Positions 20,089-28,889 of a DNA stretch of 64,000 bases are shown here, piece after piece (position 1 is the first letter of the stretch; each line of letters opens with the position of its first letter). The notes beneath the pieces were generated by a model. It ran no database searches, had not been told where the DNA came from, and saw nothing but the letters and a program-made list of their open reading frames with translations. Source of the DNA: an uncultured Acidobacteriota bacterium (GTDB lineage: Bacteria; Acidobacteriota; UBA6911); NCBI GenBank assembly GCA_963827655.1, contig CAWHCF010000049.1:224001-288000 (forward strand). The letters are read 5' to 3'. Position numbers and translations under genes: made by a program.

Positions 20089-20286
20089 TCGAAGTCCGCC
20101 CGAAAGTAAGCCCAGGGTCCAAGATCCCCTGATCATGATTAATGTACCGCCAGACGAGGCTAATTTTAACCATCTTCTTCGGGTTTTCGCGACACTCACC
20201 GGCAAGCGCTAACCGCGAAGACTCGAAGACACGAAGGAATGCCGAGAACTTGTTTCCTGGTGTGTTCGAGTCTTCGTGGTTAGTGG

Positions 20287-21195
20287 CTAAAGAATATTCT
20301 TTCCCAGGGCTGAGAGGATCAGTTCCACGCCGAGATATGCCGTAGAATTGCGCGTGTCCAGGATTGGATTGACCTCGACCACGTCCAGGGCGACCAGACA
20401 CTGGCTGTCGGCGACCATTTCCATCAGCAGGTGAGACTCGCGGTAGGAGAGACCGCCGCGCACCGGAGTGCCCACGCCGGGTGAGATGGCGGGATCCACT
20501 CCATCCATGTCGAAGGAAACGTGCAGCGCCGCGCCATCGGCGCATGTCAAGTCGAGAGCCTCCCTCATGACCGCGGCCATGCCGCGCAGATCAATGTCTT
20601 TCATGGTGTAGGCACGAACGCCCGATTGCCGGACCAGCCCTTTCTCGCGCTGGTCAAGATTGCGCAATCCCACCACCGCGCACCTCTTGGGATCTACCTT
20701 CGGGCTGAAGCCCCCGACCTCGACTAGTTCGGGCGGTCCCTTTCCCAGAATGGCCGCCAGCGGCATGCCGTGAACATTACCGCTGGGAGTCGATTCAGGC
20801 GTATTCATGTCCGCGTGGGCGTCTACCCACAATAAGCCCAGGGCGCGGTTCTGTTTCTGCAGCGCGGCAGCGGTTCCTGCGATGGATCCGGCGGCCAGGC
20901 TATGGTCTCCGCCCAGGCTCAGGGGAAGGTGTCCTGCCAGGATGCTGTCGCGCGACTTCTGGTAAAGAGATTCACAGGCTTCGCCGATCTCCCTGGCATA
21001 GCGGGCTCGGTTGTCTTTGATCCCGATGGTCTCAGGAATGGGGACCGGTATGTTGCCGCAGTCATGTACCTCGAAGCCCAACTCTCGAATCCGGCTGCCC
21101 ACATCTGCGATGCGAAAAGCTGAGGGACCCATGTCGACGCCACGCCGGTTTGCGCCCAGGTCGAGAGGAACGCCGATTATATCGACAACTTTCAT
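20287..21195 (-). CDS. rocF: Arginase
   Basis: GGDHS, DAHAD.NTP, SGNVHGMP, DMDGVDP, EVNP. Confidence 0.95.
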   Translation of the reverse strand: MKVVDIIGVPLDLGANRRGVDMGPSAFRIADVGSRIRELGFEVHDCGNIPVPIPETIGIKDNRARYAREIGEACESLYQKSRDSILAGHLPLSLGGDHSLAAGSIAGTAAALQKQNRALGLLWVDAHADMNTPESTPSGNVHGMPLAAILGKGPPELVEVGGFSPKVDPKRCAVVGLRNLDQREKGLVRQSGVRAYTMKDIDLRGMAAVMREALDLTCADGAALHVSFDMDGVDPAISPGVGTPVRGGLSYRESHLLMEMVADSQCLVALDVVEVNPILDTRNSTAYLGVELILSALGKNIL

Positions 21196-22790
21196 GAGGC
21201 GCGGGGTCCGGCCGCGATCACTTGCGGCTCGACCGCCGGGGCGTACTGCTCGAAGTTCTTGGTGAATCGATGAGCCAGTTCTCTGGCTTTGGCGTCAAAG
21301 GCTGCGGGGTCTTTCCAGGTATTTCGCGGGATCAGGACTTCTGGCGGGACTCCCGGGCATGAGCTTGGAATCTGCAGCCCGAATATTGGATCTTGACTGG
21401 AAGTCGTGGTGGCGAGGGTGCCGCCGAGAATGGCATTGATAATGGCCCGGGTAAATTGAATTTTCATGCGAGAGCCCACACCGTAAGGCCCTCCGGTCCA
21501 ACCGGTATTTACCAGCCAGCAATCCACGTTGTGGCGCGAAATCTTGTCTCGCAACAGGTTGGCATATACCGAGGGGTGCAAAGCCATAAAGGGAGCGCCA
21601 AAACAGGTACTGAAAGTCGCCTGCGGTTCTTTGCCCAGTCCCTTCTCGGTCCCGGCGACCTTGGCGGTATATCCTGAGATGAAGTGGTACATCGCCTGTT
21701 CCGGCGATAGACGAGCGACCGGCGGCATGACACCAAATGCGTCGCAGGTCAGCATGATGATGTTCTTGGGATGATCCCCTCGCCCCGTGGGGACGGAGTT
21801 CGGGATGCAAGACAGCGCGTATGCGGCTCGAGTGTTCTCGGTCAGAGCGTCGGAATTCAGGTCGAGCTCGCGCGTATTCTCGTCGATCACTACGTTTTCC
21901 AGAACTGTGCCGAAGGTCTGAGTACAGGCGTAAATCTCCGGCTCGGCCTCCGGGCTGAGGCGAATCACCTTCGCGTAGCAGCCTCCTTCGAAGTTGAATA
22001 CGCCATCGTCACTCCAGCCGTGTTCATCATCGCCGATGAGGCTGCGCATCGGATCGGCCGAGAGGGTCGTCTTCCCGGTTCCACTCAGGCCGAAGAAGAT
22101 GGCGGTGTCTCCCTCCTTTCCGATGTTGGCCGAGCAGTGCATCGACATCACCGACTTTTGCGGAAGCAAGTAATTCAAGACGGTGAATACCGATTTTTTC
22201 ATCTCCCCGGCGTAGCCGGTTCCGCCAATGAGAACCAGTTTCTGGGAAAAATCGAGCAGAATAAAGGTTTCCGAGTTGGTATCGTCCTGGGCCGGATTCG
22301 CGGTGAAGTTCGGCAGGCAGATGATTGTGAAATCAGGGGCGCTCGGTCCGGAATCGTTGCCGGGCAGAAAGAGGTGCCGGGCGAAGAGGCTATGCCAGGC
22401 GTATTCGGTGATTACGCGAATGCGTATCTGATACTTGGGATTCGCGCCTGCCGAACGGTCCTGGACATAGAGATCGCGGCCCTGCATGTAGGCCTTCATC
22501 CGTGCCAGGAGAGAATTGAATTTTACCTGGGGGATAGGGCGGTTAACCTTGCCCCACCAGATTTTGTCCTGGGACGAGGGTTCCTTCACGATGAATTTGT
22601 CGTTCGCGGACCGGCCGGTGTGGCGTCCCGTATTTACCACCAGCACGCCCCGATGTGAGATCAGTCCTTCTTCCTTGCGGGTCACGTGTTCGTAGAGGGC
22701 AGCCGCTGAAAGATTGTGATAAACGGCGCCTACTCCCACGATTCCACTGGCGTGCAGACCGTAGTCTTCCCCTTTTTTCACCGTTGCCAT
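21192..22790 (-). CDS. pckA: Phosphoenolpyruvate carboxykinase (ATP)
   Basis: YAGEMKK, GLSGTGKTTLS, LIGDDEHGW, FNFEGGCYAK. Confidence 0.97.
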   Translation of the reverse strand: MATVKKGEDYGLHASGIVGVGAVYHNLSAAALYEHVTRKEEGLISHRGVLVVNTGRHTGRSANDKFIVKEPSSQDKIWWGKVNRPIPQVKFNSLLARMKAYMQGRDLYVQDRSAGANPKYQIRIRVITEYAWHSLFARHLFLPGNDSGPSAPDFTIICLPNFTANPAQDDTNSETFILLDFSQKLVLIGGTGYAGEMKKSVFTVLNYLLPQKSVMSMHCSANIGKEGDTAIFFGLSGTGKTTLSADPMRSLIGDDEHGWSDDGVFNFEGGCYAKVIRLSPEAEPEIYACTQTFGTVLENVVIDENTRELDLNSDALTENTRAAYALSCIPNSVPTGRGDHPKNIIMLTCDAFGVMPPVARLSPEQAMYHFISGYTAKVAGTEKGLGKEPQATFSTCFGAPFMALHPSVYANLLRDKISRHNVDCWLVNTGWTGGPYGVGSRMKIQFTRAIINAILGGTLATTTSSQDPIFGLQIPSSCPGVPPEVLIPRNTWKDPAAFDAKARELAHRFTKNFEQYAPAVEPQVIAAGPRAS

Positions 22791-23065
22791 GGATCAGCTC
22801 TCTCGGTTTGAGTGTCCGCCACAGGCGGCTATTCTGTCTTAAATCGACCCAACGGTCAATCTTTGGAACCTTTGAGACCGTAAGGGATGCTTGATCACTT
22901 TCCCGTTAGCGCTTCCTTGTTTTCCATTGGATCCCGGGCGTTTCTTCGAGTCTTCGTGTCCTGGCGGTTGGTTTTTGAAACACAAAGCTGCTTGCGCGCG
23001 CCAGAGCCTCCCGGCAAACTATACTCTTGTACTCCGCAAGCAGCTTTGGAAGGAGAGCGAATTTG

Positions 23066-24397
23066 ATGCGAATCCTGGTCTCGAGTATGGTCCTGTTTCT
23101 CAGCCTGGTGATTTCGATGGCATCCGAAAGCATATTCCCGTACAAGTACTTCATCGACGATCTTCCCAACGGTCTTCGACTCATCGTGGTTCCGACCGAT
23201 TACCCCAATCTAGTCGCTTTCTGGGCCGTGGTCCAGGCGGGATCACGGAACGAGGTAGAACCCGGAAAATCGGGTTTCGCTCATTTTTTCGAACACATGA
23301 TGTTTCGTGGAACCGAGAACTACAGCAACGAGCAGTATAACGAACTCCTGAAGAACGCAGGAGCGGACGCCAACGCGTTTACCTCTGACGATTACACTGC
23401 CTACCATATCACGGTTGCGAAGGAGGATCTGGAGTTGATTTTCAAGCTCGAGGCGGACCGTTTCCGGCATCTGAAATATTCGCAGGAGGATTTTCGAACC
23501 GAAGCCAAGGCCGTCTTCGGCGAATACAACAAGAACAGCTCCAATCCGGTTCAGAAATTATTGGAAGTGCTTCAGGACAAGGCCTTCGACGTTCACCCCT
23601 ACAAGCACACCACCATGGGATTCCTCAAAGACATCGAGGACATGCCCAATCAATATGAATACAGCCTGCAGTTCTTTTCGCGGTTCTACCGGCCCGAATA
23701 CACGACGCTTCTTGTGGTCGGAGACGTGAAACGCGAGCAGGCGCTTGCTCTGACCAGAAAATACTGGGGTGACTGGAAGCGTGGCTCCTACGCGGCTCAG
23801 ATTCCTCAAGAGCCCAAGCAGACTGCCCCTCGCACCGGCCACGTGGAATGGCCTTCCGATACGCTTCCCTGGATTGTCGTTTCTTTTGAGGGGCCGCCTT
23901 ACTCGGACGAATCGAAAGACATGCCCACGGCGGACATTATCTCGAACCTCTTTTTTTCGGAAAGCAGCGCTTTATATCAGAAGCTGGTGATACAGGAGCA
24001 GAAGGTGGATGCCCTTTCCCCCAGTTTTCCAGATCACCGGGATCCGTTCCTTCTTTCGGTCCTCGCGCGCGTGAAGGAGCTCAAGGATGTACCGTATGTT
24101 CAGGAACAGATTCTGAAAACGTTCGAAACGGTCAAGAGCGAAGCTTTGTCCGCCAAGCGGTTGGAGGATGTGAAATCGAATCTGAAATACTCGCTCGCTC
24201 TGCGGATGGATAGCAGCGAGGCCATTGCCGAGACCCTGGCCCATTACGTACAGTTAAGGCGCACGCCTGAGTCAATCAATAAGCTGTTTCGCCTCTATGA
24301 CGCGGTAACTGTGGAAGACGTCCGGCAGATCGCGAAAAAGTATTTTATTCCAGAAGGTCGAACCGTTGTTACCCTGAGTCCGGCCAAGGAGAAGTAA
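23066..24397 (+). CDS. M16 family zinc peptidase, catalytic subunit
   Basis: HFFEH (HXXEH), LPNGL, ANAFTS..YT.Y, signal peptide. Confidence 0.93.
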   Translation: MRILVSSMVLFLSLVISMASESIFPYKYFIDDLPNGLRLIVVPTDYPNLVAFWAVVQAGSRNEVEPGKSGFAHFFEHMMFRGTENYSNEQYNELLKNAGADANAFTSDDYTAYHITVAKEDLELIFKLEADRFRHLKYSQEDFRTEAKAVFGEYNKNSSNPVQKLLEVLQDKAFDVHPYKHTTMGFLKDIEDMPNQYEYSLQFFSRFYRPEYTTLLVVGDVKREQALALTRKYWGDWKRGSYAAQIPQEPKQTAPRTGHVEWPSDTLPWIVVSFEGPPYSDESKDMPTADIISNLFFSESSALYQKLVIQEQKVDALSPSFPDHRDPFLLSVLARVKELKDVPYVQEQILKTFETVKSEALSAKRLEDVKSNLKYSLALRMDSSEAIAETLAHYVQLRRTPESINKLFRLYDAVTVEDVRQIAKKYFIPEGRTVVTLSPAKEK

Positions 24398-24399
24398 CG

Positions 24400-25911
24400 A
24401 TGGAATGCCGAGGTCTTCTTCGAAAACTGGTAGTCCTCTTTGCCGGGATTGCTGCGACTTTGTCGTTTTCTGATGCTCAGGAGAGCGCCAAGATGGAAAC
24501 AGTACTTCTCCCGAGTTCCTCGCCTCTGGTTTCGTTTCGAATTCTTTTCCAGATCGGAAGCGCCTCGGATCCGCAAGGCAAAGAGGGCGTGGCCGCATTG
24601 ACTGCGGCGATGATCTCCGGGGGAGGGACCCGGAAGTTGTCTTATTCCGAGATCGTCCAAGCCATGTATCCGATGGCTACGAGGTTTTCGTCTCAGGTCG
24701 ACGAGGAAATGACGGTTTTCATGGGGAGCACCCACAAAGACAACCTCCGGAAATATTTCGATCTCATCTCAGCCATGTTGCTCGAGCCCGGCTGGAAGGA
24801 AGAGGACTTTAGCCGGGTCAAGTCCGATGCCATCAACTATCTCAAAGTCAATCTTCGAGGAACCAACGACGAGGAGCTGGCGAAAGAAGCTCTGTACAAT
24901 TTCATCTATGAAAACCATCCGTACGGCCACGAGAATACGGGAAGGGTTTCAGCGTTGGAGAAGTTAACTCTGGACGATGTAAAGGCTTTTTACCAGGCCA
25001 ACTATTCGCGCCAAAACCTCGTTCTTGGCCTGGCGGGAGATTATGGCCCGGAATTCCTTCAGCAGGTCAAGGCGCGCTTCGGCAGCCTGCCTGAAGGGAA
25101 TCGGTCTTCTCTGGTGCTTCCGGTGCCGAAAGCCTTCGATGGACTTCAAGTCAGAATCATCAAGAAGGAAGCTCGCGCTACGGCGATCTCGTTGGGCTAC
25201 CCTATCGAAGTTACCCGCCGCCACAAAGACTGGGTCGCCCTCTACCTGGTCCAGTCCTATTTCGGCCAGCACCGGTCGAGCAATAGCTATCTTTATCAGC
25301 GGTTGCGCGAGTTGAGGGGGCTGAACTACGGCGACTATGCCTACATCGAGTATTTTCCCCGCGGCATGTTTCAGTTTCATCCGGATCCCAATCTCGGCCG
25401 CCGGCAGCAGATTTTTCAAATCTGGATACGCCCGGTCGAGCCACAGAATGCCCACTTCGCGCTCCGTACGGCCATCTACGAGCTGGGCAAGCTAGGCAAG
25501 GAGGGTATGAAACAAAAGGATTTCGAGGATACGCGGCGTTTTCTCTCAAAGTTTGTCAACGTCCTGACCAAAACGCAGGACTTGCAGTTGGGTTATCAAT
25601 TAGACAGCCGTTACTATGGAATTTCCAGCTTCACTGATTACGTGAAGACCGGGCTGGCGAAATTGACCCTGGCTGACGTGAACCGCGTGATTCGCGAGAA
25701 TCTGCAAACGGAGAACCTCATGATTGTGATCGCAGCCAAGGAGGCGGAGAAGTTGAAGGAGGCGCTGGTTGCGAATGCCGCTTCGCCCGTCCAGTATAAC
25801 GCGCCCAAGCCCGCCGAGATTCTGAACGAAGATAAGATGCTGCAGAACTATGGGCTCAAGATTTCGGAAAAAGCTGTGAAGATCGTACCCGTAGATCAGG
25901 TCTTTCAGTGA
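24400..25911 (+). CDS. M16 family peptidase, non-catalytic partner subunit
   Basis: GSASDP.GKEG.A.LTA, no HXXEH, LRELRGLNYG motif. Confidence 0.88.
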   Translation: MECRGLLRKLVVLFAGIAATLSFSDAQESAKMETVLLPSSSPLVSFRILFQIGSASDPQGKEGVAALTAAMISGGGTRKLSYSEIVQAMYPMATRFSSQVDEEMTVFMGSTHKDNLRKYFDLISAMLLEPGWKEEDFSRVKSDAINYLKVNLRGTNDEELAKEALYNFIYENHPYGHENTGRVSALEKLTLDDVKAFYQANYSRQNLVLGLAGDYGPEFLQQVKARFGSLPEGNRSSLVLPVPKAFDGLQVRIIKKEARATAISLGYPIEVTRRHKDWVALYLVQSYFGQHRSSNSYLYQRLRELRGLNYGDYAYIEYFPRGMFQFHPDPNLGRRQQIFQIWIRPVEPQNAHFALRTAIYELGKLGKEGMKQKDFEDTRRFLSKFVNVLTKTQDLQLGYQLDSRYYGISSFTDYVKTGLAKLTLADVNRVIRENLQTENLMIVIAAKEAEKLKEALVANAASPVQYNAPKPAEILNEDKMLQNYGLKISEKAVKIVPVDQVFQ

Positions 25912-25980
25912 TCAGTCTTTGGTCTTCGCGCCTATAGCGGTACGTGTTCCGCAGCGCTAGCCCCGAAGACACGAGCCGAG

Positions 25981-26871
25981 TTACAGAATGCCCTGGTAGG
26001 CGAGAAAGAGGGCTCGGAAATATCGCATTATGCGCACAGGATCGCTGCTCTCCGGGATTTCGGCGCAACAATACCCTTGAAATTTCATTGCGGACAATAG
26101 TCCAAAGAGCTTCCGCCAAGGATAGTCGGCGAAGAGGTCCCGGGTATGCACGTGCCGCACCTTTTCTGAAACTCGGGCGAAGTTCTCTTCGATCGTTCCT
26201 CCCTCCAGGTCTGCGGGATTGGAATTCCAGTTCACCGTCACTTGCGAATGGTCCGCCACTTTCATGATTTTCTGGATATACTCGATCCGGGACGTGCCGG
26301 TTCCATGAACCTCGAGGCGGACCTCCACGCCGTTATCGGCGGCGGTCTTGCCCAGTGCCTTAAGGGAAAGACCGATCTGCTCCAGGGTCTTTTCCACGGG
26401 AATCCCGGCCTTGGTCTGGAGCCCGTTGGGTCGCACCTTGACCCCGAGGGCGCCCACATCGTGCGCCAACTGGATGTAGCCCTTGCATCCCTCGATGTTC
26501 TTTTGCACTTCCGCCGGATCGGCTGAGTGGAACTCGTAAGTGCTCCCAAGCTGGACCAGCTTCACGGCGGAGTCGGCGAACCTCCGCTTGACCTCAGCGC
26601 GTTGACCGGAAGTGAGTGACATCTCGACGCCGTGGGCATGGGAAGTCCGCAGCTCTACGCCGTCGTATTTCGTTTCCGTGCAGTTCTTGATAATTGTCGG
26701 CAGGTCCCAGTCTTTGGCAATGTTGTAAGTCACGATGCCGATCTTGAGTGGCGAGTTTGAAGCCGCCGCGCTTTCAAGAGCCAGAGAGACTTCGGGATTT
26801 GTCATCCCTGCGAGAATCGGTCCGCCCATAACGCTGCCGGCAAGAAAGTTTCTGCGCGTCCACTGAGACAT
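25981..26871 (-). CDS. Sugar phosphate isomerase/epimerase with Tat leader
   Basis: TRRNFL leader, VELR, RLEVHG, HVH.RDL. Confidence 0.82.
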   Translation of the reverse strand: MSQWTRRNFLAGSVMGGPILAGMTNPEVSLALESAAASNSPLKIGIVTYNIAKDWDLPTIIKNCTETKYDGVELRTSHAHGVEMSLTSGQRAEVKRRFADSAVKLVQLGSTYEFHSADPAEVQKNIEGCKGYIQLAHDVGALGVKVRPNGLQTKAGIPVEKTLEQIGLSLKALGKTAADNGVEVRLEVHGTGTSRIEYIQKIMKVADHSQVTVNWNSNPADLEGGTIEENFARVSEKVRHVHTRDLFADYPWRKLFGLLSAMKFQGYCCAEIPESSDPVRIMRYFRALFLAYQGIL

Positions 26872-27037
26872 AGGTACCTTTCTCCTGATGTCAAAGTATC
26901 GATTGAGTTCCCGGATTCGAATGACGCGATTATAGCACTGATAGCGCCGCCTGGCGCGCTGTGTTTCACGGTTAATTTTGTCTTCCCTGGCGTCCACTGC
27001 GGAGACGCGTGGTATCCTTAGTACTGCTGTTCGCAAT

Positions 27038-27245
27038 TACGGTAGTAACGAATTTTGGAGCAATTAAGGCCCTGAAGGGCCGAAAGAGAGTGGGGACCAG
27101 CGGTGAGAAGCTGTGAAAAGATTAGGTCTGTGGCGCGGTCATCAGACCCGCGCGTTGAGGGCAATCGCGGCGGACTAACGGGCCTTCGGCCCTGGGCAAA
27201 AAAACAGAGCCGACTCGTACAGCTCCGCCGGATACGTTACCGTAT
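27038..27245. repeat. Degenerate REP/MITE-like element
   Basis: GGCCCTGAAGGGCC palindrome, AGGGCCGAA...TTCGGCCCT inverted pair, and TACGGTA..AACG / CGTTACCGTA imperfect ends. Confidence 0.45.
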
Positions 27246-27260
27246 GAACCAGCCGACTTA

Positions 27261-27491
27261 GGGCTCGCGCAAAAATAACTTCACATTCTGGCGCGAGTCG
27301 GTGGTCAATCATGAGCCGGTTTCTGTTCGCTAAGCACGCTGAGGATCGCGCCCCTTCGGGCTGCGGCCCGCAGGCCCGCTGGCTTTGTTGCTCGCTCCTC
27401 ACGTACCGCACCGGGTACGCATCGTCGCTCGCGCCTCGCCAGCGGGCCTGGGGGCCTGCAGCAGAATGCGAACTTATTTCTGCGCGAACCC
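27261..27491. mobile_element. MITE with 18-bp terminal inverted repeats and TTA target duplication
   Basis: Left end GGGCTCGCGCAAAAATAA, right end TTATTTCTGCGCGAACCC, with TTA on both sides. Internal GC-rich hairpin, no transposase. Confidence 0.8.
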
Positions 27492-27558
27492 TTAGTGAGG
27501 TGATTTGATTGGAAGACAGGTTCAACCCGCTATCACATGGAGTGCCAGAGGAGGCTGG

Positions 27559-27870
27559 ATGATTTTCGCGGTAGAAACCTGGCTACTCCCCGCGATCGCG
27601 GCAGGTTCTTCCTCCTATCTTGTCTCGTTGGGGTGGGAGCGACTTCGAAAGCCAAGCGCGCCAAGCGGCATAATGGCGGGTTTTCTGGCTGCTCTCAGTT
27701 TCATAATGGGCGCAATATGTGCCTATTACCGTCATACAGTCTTTGCGCCCAGCCTGGAAAACAACATCATCGTCATGTTTGTGGTAGGGGCCAGCACTAC
27801 TTATCTGTGGCTCCTGCTGCGCAAGTATCTTCCGGGAACGGGAACGCCGCGTTCAAACTTGACTCGGTAG
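27559..27870 (+). CDS. Small three-TM hypothetical membrane protein
   Basis: SD GAGGAGG, then ATG. Three hydrophobic segments. Confidence 0.6.
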   Translation: MIFAVETWLLPAIAAGSSSYLVSLGWERLRKPSAPSGIMAGFLAALSFIMGAICAYYRHTVFAPSLENNIIVMFVVGASTTYLWLLLRKYLPGTGTPRSNLTR

Positions 27871-27987
27871 CCCTTTTGGAGTTCGGTGACGAGGCTGTCG
27901 CTGCGCTTCATGACTTATGATGGGCACGGAGCGGAGCGTCTTCTCTTCCAGGTGATGACCCTCGTGGGCGTCATTGCGTACAACAAG

Positions 27988-28138
27988 GAGTTCGCGCAGA
28001 AACAGGTTGGCATTCTGCTGCAGGCCCGAAGGGGCGCGATCCTGAGGGTGCTAGGCTGCATAGCAAACGGAAAACCCGGTTCAAAAAACTGACCGCGACT
28101 CTCGCGCCAGAATGTGAAATTGTTTCTGCGCGAGCCCC
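27988..28138. mobile_element. Second, inverted and internally deleted copy of the MITE
   Basis: Reverse-complement matches to both ends and to the GAGGATCGCGCCCCTTC segment of 27261-27491. Confidence 0.75.
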
Positions 28139-28153
28139 TAAGAAAGGACAAGG

Positions 28154-28756
28154 ATGTCTTTCGTCGAAAATCAACTTCTTCCCGATGAAGAGGTGGTCCT
28201 CCTGACCCATCAGCATCCGGTGGTCCTTTTTTGGCCGATCCTGATCAACATCGCGGCCGCCGCCGTCGTGATTGCTCTGGCCTTCAACCTGGCGATCTAC
28301 TGGTTTCTTCTTTTCTATTTCGGCCCGCTTTTGCTTCTTTTGTGGGAAGTTCTGGTTCGGCACAAAAAAGAGTACATCATCACCACCCGCCGCATAGTCA
28401 AGCAGCAGGGAGTTTTTTCGGTGAGTTCTTTCGACGCCTCGCTGGATAAGATCAACAATATTCTTCACGAGCAGAGTTTGTGGGGCAGGGTTCTTGGCTA
28501 CGGCAACGTCAGGTTGGAAACGGCCAGCGAGCATGGTATTACGGTATTTCATCTGATTCCCGATCCCGTAGCCTTCAAGAACTGCATCGTTCAGCAGCGC
28601 GAACTTTACCGATCGTCACAGGCGGGATCCCTGGGTTCGGTCAGTCGCGAAGATGTTCCTAGAATGTTGGACGAATTAGCGCGTCTGCGCGATCGAAAGG
28701 TAATTACCGCGGCTGAGTTTGACGAGAAAAAGAAGAATCTCCTTGCGCGCCTGTAA
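28154..28756 (+). CDS. Bacterial PH domain (bPH_2) membrane protein with C-terminal SHOCT
   Basis: YIITTRRIVKQQG, QSLWGRVLGYGNV.LET, L.EL..LRD..VIT.AEF.EKK..LL. Confidence 0.88.
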   Translation: MSFVENQLLPDEEVVLLTHQHPVVLFWPILINIAAAAVVIALAFNLAIYWFLLFYFGPLLLLLWEVLVRHKKEYIITTRRIVKQQGVFSVSSFDASLDKINNILHEQSLWGRVLGYGNVRLETASEHGITVFHLIPDPVAFKNCIVQQRELYRSSQAGSLGSVSREDVPRMLDELARLRDRKVITAAEFDEKKKNLLARL

Positions 28757-28758
28757 CA

Positions 28759-28889
28759 ATTGACGATTTACGATTGACGATTTACGATTGGAAATTCGTT
28801 TGTTTACTGGCGGTGGGTGATTGTGATTCACAGCTCCAGCTACTTTGCCTTCAATCGTAAATCGTCAATCGTAAATCGTAAATCGAATC
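28759..28889. repeat. Inverted heptamer arrays (TTGACGA / TCGTCAA)
   Basis: (GATTKAC)n immediately after the stop, ~60-nt loop, (AATCGTM)n ending immediately before the ATG at 28890. Confidence 0.85.
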
